A DNA stretch of 64,000 bases, from NCBI GenBank assembly GCA_002498525.1, contig DAHR01000005.1, positions 42,478 to 106,477 of the forward strand, in the 5' to 3' direction. The notes under the pieces were generated by a model. It ran no database searches and was not told the origin of the DNA. It saw only the letters and a list, made by a program, of their open reading frames with translations. This stretch comes from Euryarchaeota archaeon UBA58 (lineage in GTDB: Archaea; Thermoplasmatota; Poseidoniia; Poseidoniales; Thalassarchaeaceae). A program made the translations under genes and the position numbers. Shown here in pieces: positions 47,411 to 56,334 of the stretch. Within the stretch, counting starts at the first letter, position 1. Every line of letters starts with the position of its first letter.

Positions 47411-50400
47411 ATGCAGAGTAGAACCGATGATGAGATGGTCCACCAAGAGGGTGAGGCCGAGGTTGGACTCGTCATCGAGAGACGTTTCACCAACGTCGGT
47501 TCAGATCCTTTCGACCAATTCGACTGGATTGAGATGAGTGTCGAGATTCGCAATCCCGACGGCTCTCTGGCGCACGAGATAAATGGCGTCCAGCTACCCT
47601 CGGGCTTCACCGGCGTATCGGGCAAGATCTGCGCTCAGAAATATCTCCGAAAGGCCGGTGTTCCAGCTTCTCTACGCAAGGTGGCGGAGGACGGCGTGCC
47701 TGCCTGGTTGCAGCGCAGTGAGCCGGATCATGAGAAATTGCAGACCTTGGAAGCCGACGACCGATATGTTGGTGAGGTCGATGGTCGTCAGTTGTTCCGC
47801 CGACTTTCTGGCACCTGGACGTACTGGGGTTGGAAGCACGGCTATTTCGCCAGCGAGGCTGATGCTCGTGCTTTCTACGACGAGATGTGTTACCTCATCG
47901 CCAGCCAACGCTCGGCACCGAACAGCCCACAATGGTTCAACACTGGATTGAATTGGGCTTACGGCATCGAGGGACCCCCCCAAGGTCACCATTACATCGA
48001 TGGGATGACCGGGGAATTGAAACTCTCTGAGGATGCTTACACACACCCACAACCCCATGCCTGTTTCATCCAATCTGTCAGTGATTCTCTGGTCGGTGGA
48101 ACCGAGTCGATCATGGGGCTGTGGAACCGTGAGGCTCTGCTCTTCAAGTATGGTTCGGGAACCGGCTCCAATTTCTCGAGGATCCGTGGCGCTGGAGAGC
48201 CGCTTTCAGGCGGTGGAACCTCCAGTGGCCTGCTCTCTTTCCTGAAGATTGGCGACCGCGCGGCGGGCGCTATCAAGTCGGGCGGAACCACACGTCGAGC
48301 AGCCAAAATGGTGACTCTCGACCTCGACCATCCTGATATCGAGAATTTCATCGATTGGAAGCTCAGCGAAGAGGAGAAGGTCTCGGCTCTCGTCATCGGC
48401 TCGACGATTCTGCAGAAGCATTCAGACTCGATTATGAAGTCTGTCTGGGCGCACGATGAGGACGAGGGGCGTTTCGACCCAGCTGTGAATGGTGCACTCA
48501 AGATAGCTATGGTAAAGGCTGTCAGAGACAGTGTTCCTCAGCCACATATCAAGCGGATTCTGGATCTGGCGGGTCAAGGATGGAAGAATATCGATTTCGA
48601 GGTCTTCGATACCAATTGGCAGGGTGAGGGGTACACGACGGTATCCGGTCAGAACAGCAACAACTCGGTTCGTGTCCCGAATTCCTTCATGGATGCTCTA
48701 CGTGACGATGGGGAATGGAATCTCTACCACCGAACCGAGTTGGAGCGGGCGCAGGAATCGGGTCGAGAACCAGAACCCTGCCGCTCGATGCCAGCCGCGG
48801 ACCTGTGGAATAAAATCGCTTACACCGCCTGGGCTTGTGCCGACCCGGGAGTTCAATTCGATACCACGATCAACGAGTGGCACACCTGTCCAGAGGGTGG
48901 GCGTATCAACGGTTCCAACCCTTGTAGCGAGTACATGTTCCTCGATGATACCGCTTGCAATCTAGCGAGTATAAACCTCATCAAATACTACGACAAGCTG
49001 TCTCAGACTTTCGATGTTGAGGATTTCCGGCATAGCGTTCGACTGTGGACGACAACTCTGGAGATCAGTGTTCTGATGGCGCAATTCCCCTCCGCTGAAA
49101 TCGCCCGAAAATCCTACCAGTACCGCACTCTCGGTCTTGGTTACTGCAATCTAGGTTCGCTGCTCACCCACATGGGAATTCCCTACGCCGATGAGCGCGG
49201 CTACGCGATCTGCGGCGCACTCACCTCAATCATGTCTGGAGAATCCTACGCGACGAGCGCTGAGATGGCTTCAATTCTCGGCGCCTTCCCTGGATATGCG
49301 GATAATTCCGAGCACATGCTGCGGGTGATGCGCAATCATCGCAGAGCCGCTTATGATGTTCCGTCCGATGAGTATGAAGGACTGACTGTCGCTCCAATGG
49401 GAATCAATTCCAAGAAATGTCCCAAGGATCTGCTCGAAGGAGCTCGCGCTGCTTGGGAGCGCGCTCTGCGAGAGGGGGAGGAGCATGGCTTCCGCAATGC
49501 TCAGACCACAGTCATCGCGCCGACCGGAACCATCGGTCTGGTGATGGGAGCAGATACCACTGGTGTCGAGCCGCAATTCTCGTTGATCCAGTACAAACAA
49601 CTGGCTGGCGGCGGCTCGTTGAGGATCATCAACAGGGGTGTACCGAACGCCCTCAAGCGCCTTGGCTACACAAATAAACAAGCGCAGATGATCGAGGAGT
49701 ACATCATGGGAACAGCCTCACTCCGCGACAGTCCGGCCGTCTCATCGAAGGCACTCAGAGAATTGGGCTTCGATGCACAGAAAATCAAGAACATCGAAAG
49801 CAGTTTCCCCGATGTCTTCGACCTGAAATCCGCCTTCTCGCCCTCAATCCTCGGCCAAGATTTCTGCACCTCCACCCTCAGCATGACCAATGAGCAATAC
49901 GAAGACCCTTTCTTCGACACTCTGAGACATTTGGGATTCACCCCCTCCGATGTCGAACAGGCCAATGACCATGTCTTCGGATACGGCACCATCGAGGGTG
50001 CTCCCAACCTCAAAGAAGAGCACCTCGCTGTCTTCGACTGTGCTACGCCTTGCGGCAAACATGGTGTTCGCTCAATCGATTGGAAGGCTCACGTCCTGAT
50101 GATGGCGGCCGCTCAACCATTCATCTCAGGAGCTATTTCAAAGACGATCAACATGCCTGCGGATGCCACCATCGAAGAGATTCGCGCCGCCTATGAATTG
50201 AGTCATGAAACCATGAACAAGGCTTGCGCTGTCTACCGCGATGGTTCCAAACTATCTCAGCCGTTGATGAATCAACTCATCGATGAAAGTTCGATCGGTG
50301 AGGATGATGAAGAGAATGAGGCCGTCACCGTGGTCCACAAGATGGTTGAGGAAACCGCAAAGGCGCTACCTATTCCTGCTCCTGCAGCCCGCAGCATCGC

Positions 50401-51064
50401 TGAGCAATTCGTCCATAATTACATCGCCACGCGCAGACCCCTCCCCGATGTTCGTTCGTCGACCACGATGAAGGCACACCTCGGAGGACACACAGTGTAT
50501 CTCTCCTCGAGCACCTATGATGATGGACGACTCGGTGAGATCATGATCACGACCTCGAAGGAGGGCGCTGCTTGGCGCTCATTGCTCAACCAATTCGCCA
50601 TCGCGATCTCGATCGGACTGCAGTACGGCGTGCCATTGGACGCTTTCGTCAAATCATTCACATTCCAGAAATTCGAACCGAGTGGAATGGTCAGTGGAGG
50701 CAGTGGTCGAGTGCGAATGGCCACCTCGATCGTCGACTACATATTCCGAGAATTGGCGATTCAATATCTCTCTCGCGAGGACCTTGCTCATGTCTCGGAA
50801 GAGGACCTCGATACAACATCGATCAGTCGCCCTGAGGTGACTGAAGACGGTGTTGCTCGTAATCAGGGTGAGCGTCGTGATGTTCAATTGACTCTCAATG
50901 CTGTTGCGCCGGTTATCGAAGCTGGAGAAGAGAGGACTCGCAGGCTGGCACGCGAACGTGGATTCACCGGAGACATCTGTGACGATTGTGGCAGCAGTCA
51001 GATGGTGCGTAACGGAACCTGCCTCAAATGCAATGCCTGCGGCGCAACGACCGGTTGCTCTTGA
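47411..51064 (+). CDS. nrdJ: Vitamin B12-dependent (class II) ribonucleotide reductase
   Basis: PNSPQWFN, HACFI, GGTTRRAAKM, SNPCSEY, TACNLAS, APTGT, ISKTIN, C-terminal CDDC..CLKCNAC...GCS. Confidence 0.96.
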   Translation: MQSRTDDEMVHQEGEAEVGLVIERRFTNVGSDPFDQFDWIEMSVEIRNPDGSLAHEINGVQLPSGFTGVSGKICAQKYLRKAGVPASLRKVAEDGVPAWLQRSEPDHEKLQTLEADDRYVGEVDGRQLFRRLSGTWTYWGWKHGYFASEADARAFYDEMCYLIASQRSAPNSPQWFNTGLNWAYGIEGPPQGHHYIDGMTGELKLSEDAYTHPQPHACFIQSVSDSLVGGTESIMGLWNREALLFKYGSGTGSNFSRIRGAGEPLSGGGTSSGLLSFLKIGDRAAGAIKSGGTTRRAAKMVTLDLDHPDIENFIDWKLSEEEKVSALVIGSTILQKHSDSIMKSVWAHDEDEGRFDPAVNGALKIAMVKAVRDSVPQPHIKRILDLAGQGWKNIDFEVFDTNWQGEGYTTVSGQNSNNSVRVPNSFMDALRDDGEWNLYHRTELERAQESGREPEPCRSMPAADLWNKIAYTAWACADPGVQFDTTINEWHTCPEGGRINGSNPCSEYMFLDDTACNLASINLIKYYDKLSQTFDVEDFRHSVRLWTTTLEISVLMAQFPSAEIARKSYQYRTLGLGYCNLGSLLTHMGIPYADERGYAICGALTSIMSGESYATSAEMASILGAFPGYADNSEHMLRVMRNHRRAAYDVPSDEYEGLTVAPMGINSKKCPKDLLEGARAAWERALREGEEHGFRNAQTTVIAPTGTIGLVMGADTTGVEPQFSLIQYKQLAGGGSLRIINRGVPNALKRLGYTNKQAQMIEEYIMGTASLRDSPAVSSKALRELGFDAQKIKNIESSFPDVFDLKSAFSPSILGQDFCTSTLSMTNEQYEDPFFDTLRHLGFTPSDVEQANDHVFGYGTIEGAPNLKEEHLAVFDCATPCGKHGVRSIDWKAHVLMMAAAQPFISGAISKTINMPADATIEEIRAAYELSHETMNKACAVYRDGSKLSQPLMNQLIDESSIGEDDEENEAVTVVHKMVEETAKALPIPAPAARSIAEQFVHNYIATRRPLPDVRSSTTMKAHLGGHTVYLSSSTYDDGRLGEIMITTSKEGAAWRSLLNQFAIAISIGLQYGVPLDAFVKSFTFQKFEPSGMVSGGSGRVRMATSIVDYIFRELAIQYLSREDLAHVSEEDLDTTSISRPEVTEDGVARNQGERRDVQLTLNAVAPVIEAGEERTRRLARERGFTGDICDDCGSSQMVRNGTCLKCNACGATTGCS

Positions 51065-52399
51065 TCACGGCATCTCAGATGCGGCTTCCTCGCTGCGCAT
51101 CCTGACCATCCGAATGAGTTCGACGTAAGCCGATTCTTCAACAGATTGTATCATATGACAAGTCTGAAGGAATGCCTCGGGAGCGACTCTGTACTGCTCG
51201 ACGATGAGATTCGCCAAACGCGAGCGGCCGATTTCAGATGACTTGACCCAAGCGGAGGGAAGAAGCTCTGAGGGGTCACTCGATTGTGCTCCGAGGTAAT
51301 CCCTGAATCCGGATTCTACGATTCGGTGGAGTGCTCGTTGATTGCCAGAATCGATGATGAGAATGGCGCGAGGAGAGAATTCCTCGGGAGCCAGTCGAGC
51401 CAAAAGACCGACGAAAGTGGCAGCCATGCTCACAGTGCTCTCATCCTCACCCTCAAGAAGGCGGTCGAGGAGAACCAGAGCGAGGCCGTCGTCTTCGGTG
51501 AAGATTCTAGGTAAAGCCTCTGCAACGGCTCGCCGTGCGGCGGGGATTCTGTGTTCTGCACAAGCAACGAGTACATCCTCAGCCTGAGGGCCAGATGACG
51601 AAAGCAACTGAACACCAGCCCTCACGAAGATAGGGGCGGATTCGGCGTCGGCTGAATTGAGACCTCCGAGAACTCGCAGTGGGACCTCGAGAGTGTTGCA
51701 CAAGTACGTGGAGACAGAGAGATTCTCCAACCAGGCTGCGAACAGAGATTGGACATCCGCCTCACCCAGAGCGAGGATGTCGAGTATCACTCCCGCAGCC
51801 ATCGCGCCTGCTGGATGAGGAGGGAGGGGCGAGACTGTCGTCTGCTGAGGGCTCCAAGCAATCTGATGACGCCCTATCGTATTCGAATGAGGCAGAGCGG
51901 ATGGCCTCACAGCGAAGGCGATCGCCTCGAGCAGAGAATAGCAGCCATCGCGAGCGATCTCTGTTCCGGTGAGGCCGAGGCCGATGAGAACTGAAACTCC
52001 CAGATACCATCGATCGGTATTAGGAGAGTCCTCATCGAGTGCTGCTGTCAGCCAGTCTCTCGCCTGCAGCACCAAGACCCTCTGTGCGATGGTCTCTGCG
52101 TTCTTCTCGAGCCATCGGGCTTTCGCCGCCTCAGAATCGATGGCCCGCTTCACATGATCAGGAAGCATTTTCTCCTCGATCTCTGAAAGTCGCATCTCGA
52201 AACCATTCCGATCGATGGCGTAAATCCCCGACGCCTGACGAATCAAAGACTCAGCATCCTTCGGTGGATTAGCTGGGAATTCGGGAAGTTCAAGTGGCGA
52301 ATTCGGAAGTGTGCCTGCTGCGTAGGCTTCTGCCACGGCCTCGACCAACTGCTCGTTAACTCGCTGCCAGACGAGGGCGGAGCCGATTCGGCTGGCCAT
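51065..52399 (-). CDS. Hypothetical helical/HEAT-repeat-like protein
   Basis: 444-aa ORF starting 16 nt after the tfb stop; RRAVAEALP...LLDRLL...V..MAA pattern. Confidence 0.65.
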   Translation of the reverse strand: MASRIGSALVWQRVNEQLVEAVAEAYAAGTLPNSPLELPEFPANPPKDAESLIRQASGIYAIDRNGFEMRLSEIEEKMLPDHVKRAIDSEAAKARWLEKNAETIAQRVLVLQARDWLTAALDEDSPNTDRWYLGVSVLIGLGLTGTEIARDGCYSLLEAIAFAVRPSALPHSNTIGRHQIAWSPQQTTVSPLPPHPAGAMAAGVILDILALGEADVQSLFAAWLENLSVSTYLCNTLEVPLRVLGGLNSADAESAPIFVRAGVQLLSSSGPQAEDVLVACAEHRIPAARRAVAEALPRIFTEDDGLALVLLDRLLEGEDESTVSMAATFVGLLARLAPEEFSPRAILIIDSGNQRALHRIVESGFRDYLGAQSSDPSELLPSAWVKSSEIGRSRLANLIVEQYRVAPEAFLQTCHMIQSVEESAYVELIRMVRMRSEEAASEMP

Positions 52400-52415
52400 T
52401 ACGAGGCCGCCCGAA

Positions 52416-53342
52416 TCAGATCTCGAGTTCGATGTTCAGGTTCTGAATCAGTTCCTTGTACCTGTTTCGAATCGTGACCTCGGTCACACCAGCGACTTCT
52501 GCAACCTCGCGCTGAGTTCGGCGCTTACCGCACAGAACACTGGCGATGTAGATGATTGAAGCTGCGATGCCCGTGGGTCCGCGCCCACTGGTCAACTCCT
52601 TATCCTGTGCCTTCTGAATCAACTCGTAAGCCTTGGCTCGGACTTCGGCATCGAGGTCCAATCCTGAACAGAACCGCGGGATGTAATCCTCGGGCTTGGT
52701 CGGAGGGATCTTCATCTTCAACTCGCGAACCATGAATCGGTATGTGCGTCCAATCTCCTTGCGACCGGTTCGGCTCGCTTCGCCTATCTCATCGAGAGTG
52801 CGAGGATTGTTGCATTGACGGCAGGCCGCGTACAGCGAGGCTGCTGCGACACCCTCGATCGAGCGGCCGCGGATGAGTCTCTTCTCGACCGCTTTCTTGT
52901 AATTCACTGCGGCCGTCTCGCGGATCGACTTAGGGAGATCGAGGCGGCTCGCCATGCGGTCGAGCTCGGCTAGAGCCATGGCGAGATTGCGCTCGGTCGC
53001 GTTGCTCACACGCGAGCGCTTCTGCCACTTCCTCATGCGATAGAATTGAGAACGGTAACGACTGGAAATCGTCTTGCCGGAGTAATCCTTGTTCTGCCAA
53101 TCGATATCGGTGGACAGTCCCTTGTCATGCAGCATCACAGTCATCGGCGCACCGGTTCGAGCGCGCTGGTCTCCCTGCTCGGGGCTGAAGACGCGCCACT
53201 CAGCGCCTTGGTCGATGACATTGTCTTCAAGGACGAGTCCGCAATCGTCGCAGACGACCTCTCCGCGAGTCTCGTCGCGGGTAAGGTTGCGGCTGCTACA
53301 TTCATTGCATTTCACTATGTCTTCAACTAGATAATCAGCCAT
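52416..53342 (-). CDS. tfb: Transcription initiation factor IIB
   Basis: CNEC...CDDCG zinc ribbon, [36 protein letters not shown]. Confidence 0.98.
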   Translation of the reverse strand: MADYLVEDIVKCNECSSRNLTRDETRGEVVCDDCGLVLEDNVIDQGAEWRVFSPEQGDQRARTGAPMTVMLHDKGLSTDIDWQNKDYSGKTISSRYRSQFYRMRKWQKRSRVSNATERNLAMALAELDRMASRLDLPKSIRETAAVNYKKAVEKRLIRGRSIEGVAAASLYAACRQCNNPRTLDEIGEASRTGRKEIGRTYRFMVRELKMKIPPTKPEDYIPRFCSGLDLDAEVRAKAYELIQKAQDKELTSGRGPTGIAASIIYIASVLCGKRRTQREVAEVAGVTEVTIRNRYKELIQNLNIELEI

Positions 53343-53346
53343 CCCA

Positions 53347-53401
53347 TCACCTCTATTCCATAAGGAAAGATAAAATATCCCGACTCGACTACCTATTTAA
53401 A
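53347..53401 (-). promoter_or_regulatory. tfb TATA box and SD
   Basis: Minus strand TTTAAATA at about 53394-53401; GAGGTGA at 53347-53353. Confidence 0.45.
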
Positions 53402-53512
53402 CACTACAGGTTGAGAGAATCACTTCGATACAGGCTCCTGCTAGCCTGTGTCGAGCCTCGCCAATGGTGAAATAGCAACGTATTCTCGACAATCTCGTAG
53501 GAGGTGTGTTGG

Positions 53513-55504
53513 ATGAGTGCTTCGTGGCCCCCAACGGAAATCGAACTGGACCCTGACAAAAGGGTGCTGTTCCTCACAAAAGATCTCAATCTGATCCGTC
53601 AGCAACTCTACGAAGGTCTCGATCTGCGAATGGAGGATCTCTCCGTCGGCGATCTGCTCGACGACATCAACACCGATGTCATGACGCCTGCTTGGGTCTG
53701 CTTCGACCACGACCCCGCGATTCTCGCAGAAAACGCATACGCAGGTCTGCTGCACGACGGGCGGCGTGTCTTCGAGCCATTGGCGCTGATGGATGGTGGC
53801 TTCGAGGTAATCGTCAGCGGTCATCGCAAGGGAACAGGCAGCAGTCGCGAGACCGCAGCCCAATGCGAGCGATGGTCTGGAATTCGAATCGTCATCGCCG
53901 CATCATTCGCACCCATCCACGAGCGCAACAACATCAATCTCGGTCAGTTGATGGGTGACCACTCGATGCTTCAACGTCTTCAGGACGGTGAGGTCATCAC
54001 CCTCTCGGAATTCACCGGAAAATTCGACCCGGTAACCCGCCTCATCGTCGAGAACGGAGGCATTCTGCCATTCGCTCGGAAACTCAAGGCCGGTGCGATT
54101 GAGTTGCCGGCAGTCAGTATCGAGCAGTGCCCGATGACGATGGTAGAGAAGATGATCTCCAACAAATTGCTCGGACAGCGAGGACAGCGAGGCTATGTCC
54201 GACCTGGCGATGCGGTACTGGCTCAGGTCGACGGTGGTTATAGCCACGAGTTCACCACCGCTCAGGTTCACACTTTTCTGGCGGAAGAATATGGTGAGGA
54301 TTACATCCTTCCGAACCCGCTGAAATTCGCCGTCTTCGAAGACCATCTTCTGTATGCGACCGGCGTGCCGAGATTCGGGCGCTTCGTCGACAAGATCCAA
54401 CGTCTGAGGGACCTGCAAGTGGCCTTCCAGCAGCACACTGGCGTGCGTGACTACTCGGCTGTCGACGGTGTGAGCCCGGGTATCTGTCATCAGGTCGCGC
54501 GTGAGGAATTCATCGATGTCGGCGACTTCATTCAAGCTACTGACAGCCACACCTGCATGGGTGGCGCCTCCAACGCATTGACCTACGGAGTGGGTTCGAC
54601 GGAATACGCCAATCTGATCTACAATCAATTTGCTTTCGTCAACGTGCCCGAGAGCATTCGCTTCGAGTTGGTGGGCACGCTTGATCCGGGCTGCACGGCT
54701 AAGGATGTGATTCTGCACATCCTCTGGAAGTATGCCGCGCAGTCCGACACTCTGGACCGCTCGATGGAATTCGGGGGAACAGGGTTGGCATCGCTGTCGA
54801 TGGACGAGCGGGCCACGCTTTGCAACATGGCTACAGAATGTTCTGCGAAAACCGGCATCTGCGAGCCGGATGATCTGACTGTCGAGTGGTTGCTCGAAAG
54901 GCGAGCAGGGGCTACGGAGCAAGAGATACGCTCGGCCTTCGTGCTTCCCGATGAAGGCGCGAACTACGATGGCGGAGTTCACACCATCGATATGGATACG
55001 ATTCGTCCGATGGTAGCTCATCCTGGTAACCCCGACGAAGGGGTGCCCTCCGACCCGACGAATGGTGCCTACATCGATGACCTTGGCAAGATTTCAATCG
55101 ACATCGCTTACGCTGGCTCGTGCACCGCTGGCAAGGAGGACGACTTCTCCTATTACGCGATGGTGACCGAAGCGGCTCTGGAGGCCGGATTGACAGTTGC
55201 TGAGGGTGTCGAGTGCTACATTCAATTCGGCTCGAAGACGGTTAAGGAACTCTCCGAGCAGAATGGCTGGTCCGAGATGTTCGAGAGAGCTGGTGTGCAA
55301 CTCATCGATCCGGGGTGCGGGGCTTGCATCGGTGCTGGACCGGGCATCTCTGAGGACTCTGAACAGGTGACTGTCTCGGCGATAAACCGTAATTACCAAG
55401 GTCGCTCAGGCCCCGGCAAGTTGTATCTCGCGAGTCCATTGACGGTGATGGCCAGCGCCTTCGTCGGCCACATCACCGCATGGCACCCAGAACTATTCGC
55501 ATAA
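53513..55504 (+). CDS. Aconitase-family hydratase with N-terminal swivel (LeuD-like) domain fused to a LeuC-like domain
   Basis: DINTD, GTGSSRETA, SFAPIHERN; then FEDH, GICHQ, TDSHTC, GSCT, PGCGAC, NRNY.GRSG, YLASP. Confidence 0.9.
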   Translation: MSASWPPTEIELDPDKRVLFLTKDLNLIRQQLYEGLDLRMEDLSVGDLLDDINTDVMTPAWVCFDHDPAILAENAYAGLLHDGRRVFEPLALMDGGFEVIVSGHRKGTGSSRETAAQCERWSGIRIVIAASFAPIHERNNINLGQLMGDHSMLQRLQDGEVITLSEFTGKFDPVTRLIVENGGILPFARKLKAGAIELPAVSIEQCPMTMVEKMISNKLLGQRGQRGYVRPGDAVLAQVDGGYSHEFTTAQVHTFLAEEYGEDYILPNPLKFAVFEDHLLYATGVPRFGRFVDKIQRLRDLQVAFQQHTGVRDYSAVDGVSPGICHQVAREEFIDVGDFIQATDSHTCMGGASNALTYGVGSTEYANLIYNQFAFVNVPESIRFELVGTLDPGCTAKDVILHILWKYAAQSDTLDRSMEFGGTGLASLSMDERATLCNMATECSAKTGICEPDDLTVEWLLERRAGATEQEIRSAFVLPDEGANYDGGVHTIDMDTIRPMVAHPGNPDEGVPSDPTNGAYIDDLGKISIDIAYAGSCTAGKEDDFSYYAMVTEAALEAGLTVAEGVECYIQFGSKTVKELSEQNGWSEMFERAGVQLIDPGCGACIGAGPGISEDSEQVTVSAINRNYQGRSGPGKLYLASPLTVMASAFVGHITAWHPELFA

Positions 55505-55541
55505 TCTAATTCAAGAACCTCAATTAATTGGACCCTCTTTG

Positions 55542-56201
55542 ATGGCTGATTACGAGGTTGAGAAACATACCAGATTGAATCGAATACCCGATCGTGGGCA
55601 CTACGATGAGAAGACCGTTCATTCGATTATCGATTCCGCGTTGATCTGCCATTTGGGCTTCATCGAGAATGGCCGACCATTCGTCATACCCTGCATTCAC
55701 GGGCGGGAAGGGAGGACACTCTACCTGCACGGTGCGAAGGCCAGTCGATTGATGAACGAGAGTGGTTCAGGCAAGGATCTCTGCATCACATTCACGCATA
55801 TCGACGGTATTGTTCTCGCACGCTCGTTATTTCACTCCTCGATGAATTACCGCTCTGTCGTCGCATTTGGCAAAGGCCGTATTTTGGAGGCTGATGGAGA
55901 AAAGATACACGCTCTCAACGTCGTGACGGAAGGATTGTGTCGCGGTAGATGGGAGGGTGGACGCACTCCAACGAAGAAAGAATTGGAAGCGACCTCTGTC
56001 ATCGCCGTCGATATCGAACATGCTGGAGCGAAGATTCGCACCGGTGGTGCGAATGACGACGAGGGAGATCTCTCTGGCCCGTGGTGGGCAGGAGTTCTTC
56101 CGGTCGAGACGAAAATTCACCCTCCGATTCCTTCCGAAGACTTACGAATCGACCCTGCACCACCTCAGCATGTCCTCGACCGAGTCGGCGATGTTCTCTG
56201 A
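55542..56201 (+). CDS. Pyridoxamine 5'-phosphate oxidase-family flavin-binding protein
   Basis: CHLGF...PFVIP, LYLHG, DGIVLARS.FHSSMNYRSVV.FG, WAGVLP. Confidence 0.88.
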   Translation: MADYEVEKHTRLNRIPDRGHYDEKTVHSIIDSALICHLGFIENGRPFVIPCIHGREGRTLYLHGAKASRLMNESGSGKDLCITFTHIDGIVLARSLFHSSMNYRSVVAFGKGRILEADGEKIHALNVVTEGLCRGRWEGGRTPTKKELEATSVIAVDIEHAGAKIRTGGANDDEGDLSGPWWAGVLPVETKIHPPIPSEDLRIDPAPPQHVLDRVGDVL

Positions 56202-56334
56202 ACGCAGGAGAATTCCGGTCAGAATCCGTCTACCCTCGCCACAGAGTTAAGTGTCCTGCACACTCGCCCTGCACTGACCACGTGCAGGCCCCGTGCCATC
56301 CGGGTATCGGGAGGACCTGAGGGGGGTTTTCGCC

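Noticed and set aside
47411..51064. Intein in nrdJ (also looked for in ligA, tfb and top6)
   Set aside because: No C/S...HN-C/S/T splice junctions or LAGLIDADG motifs recognised; lengths fit intein-free homologues.
53903..55021. 372-aa antisense ORF inside the aconitase gene, and other long antisense ORFs
   Set aside because: Typical stop-poor shadow frames of GC-rich coding DNA; no recognisable motifs.
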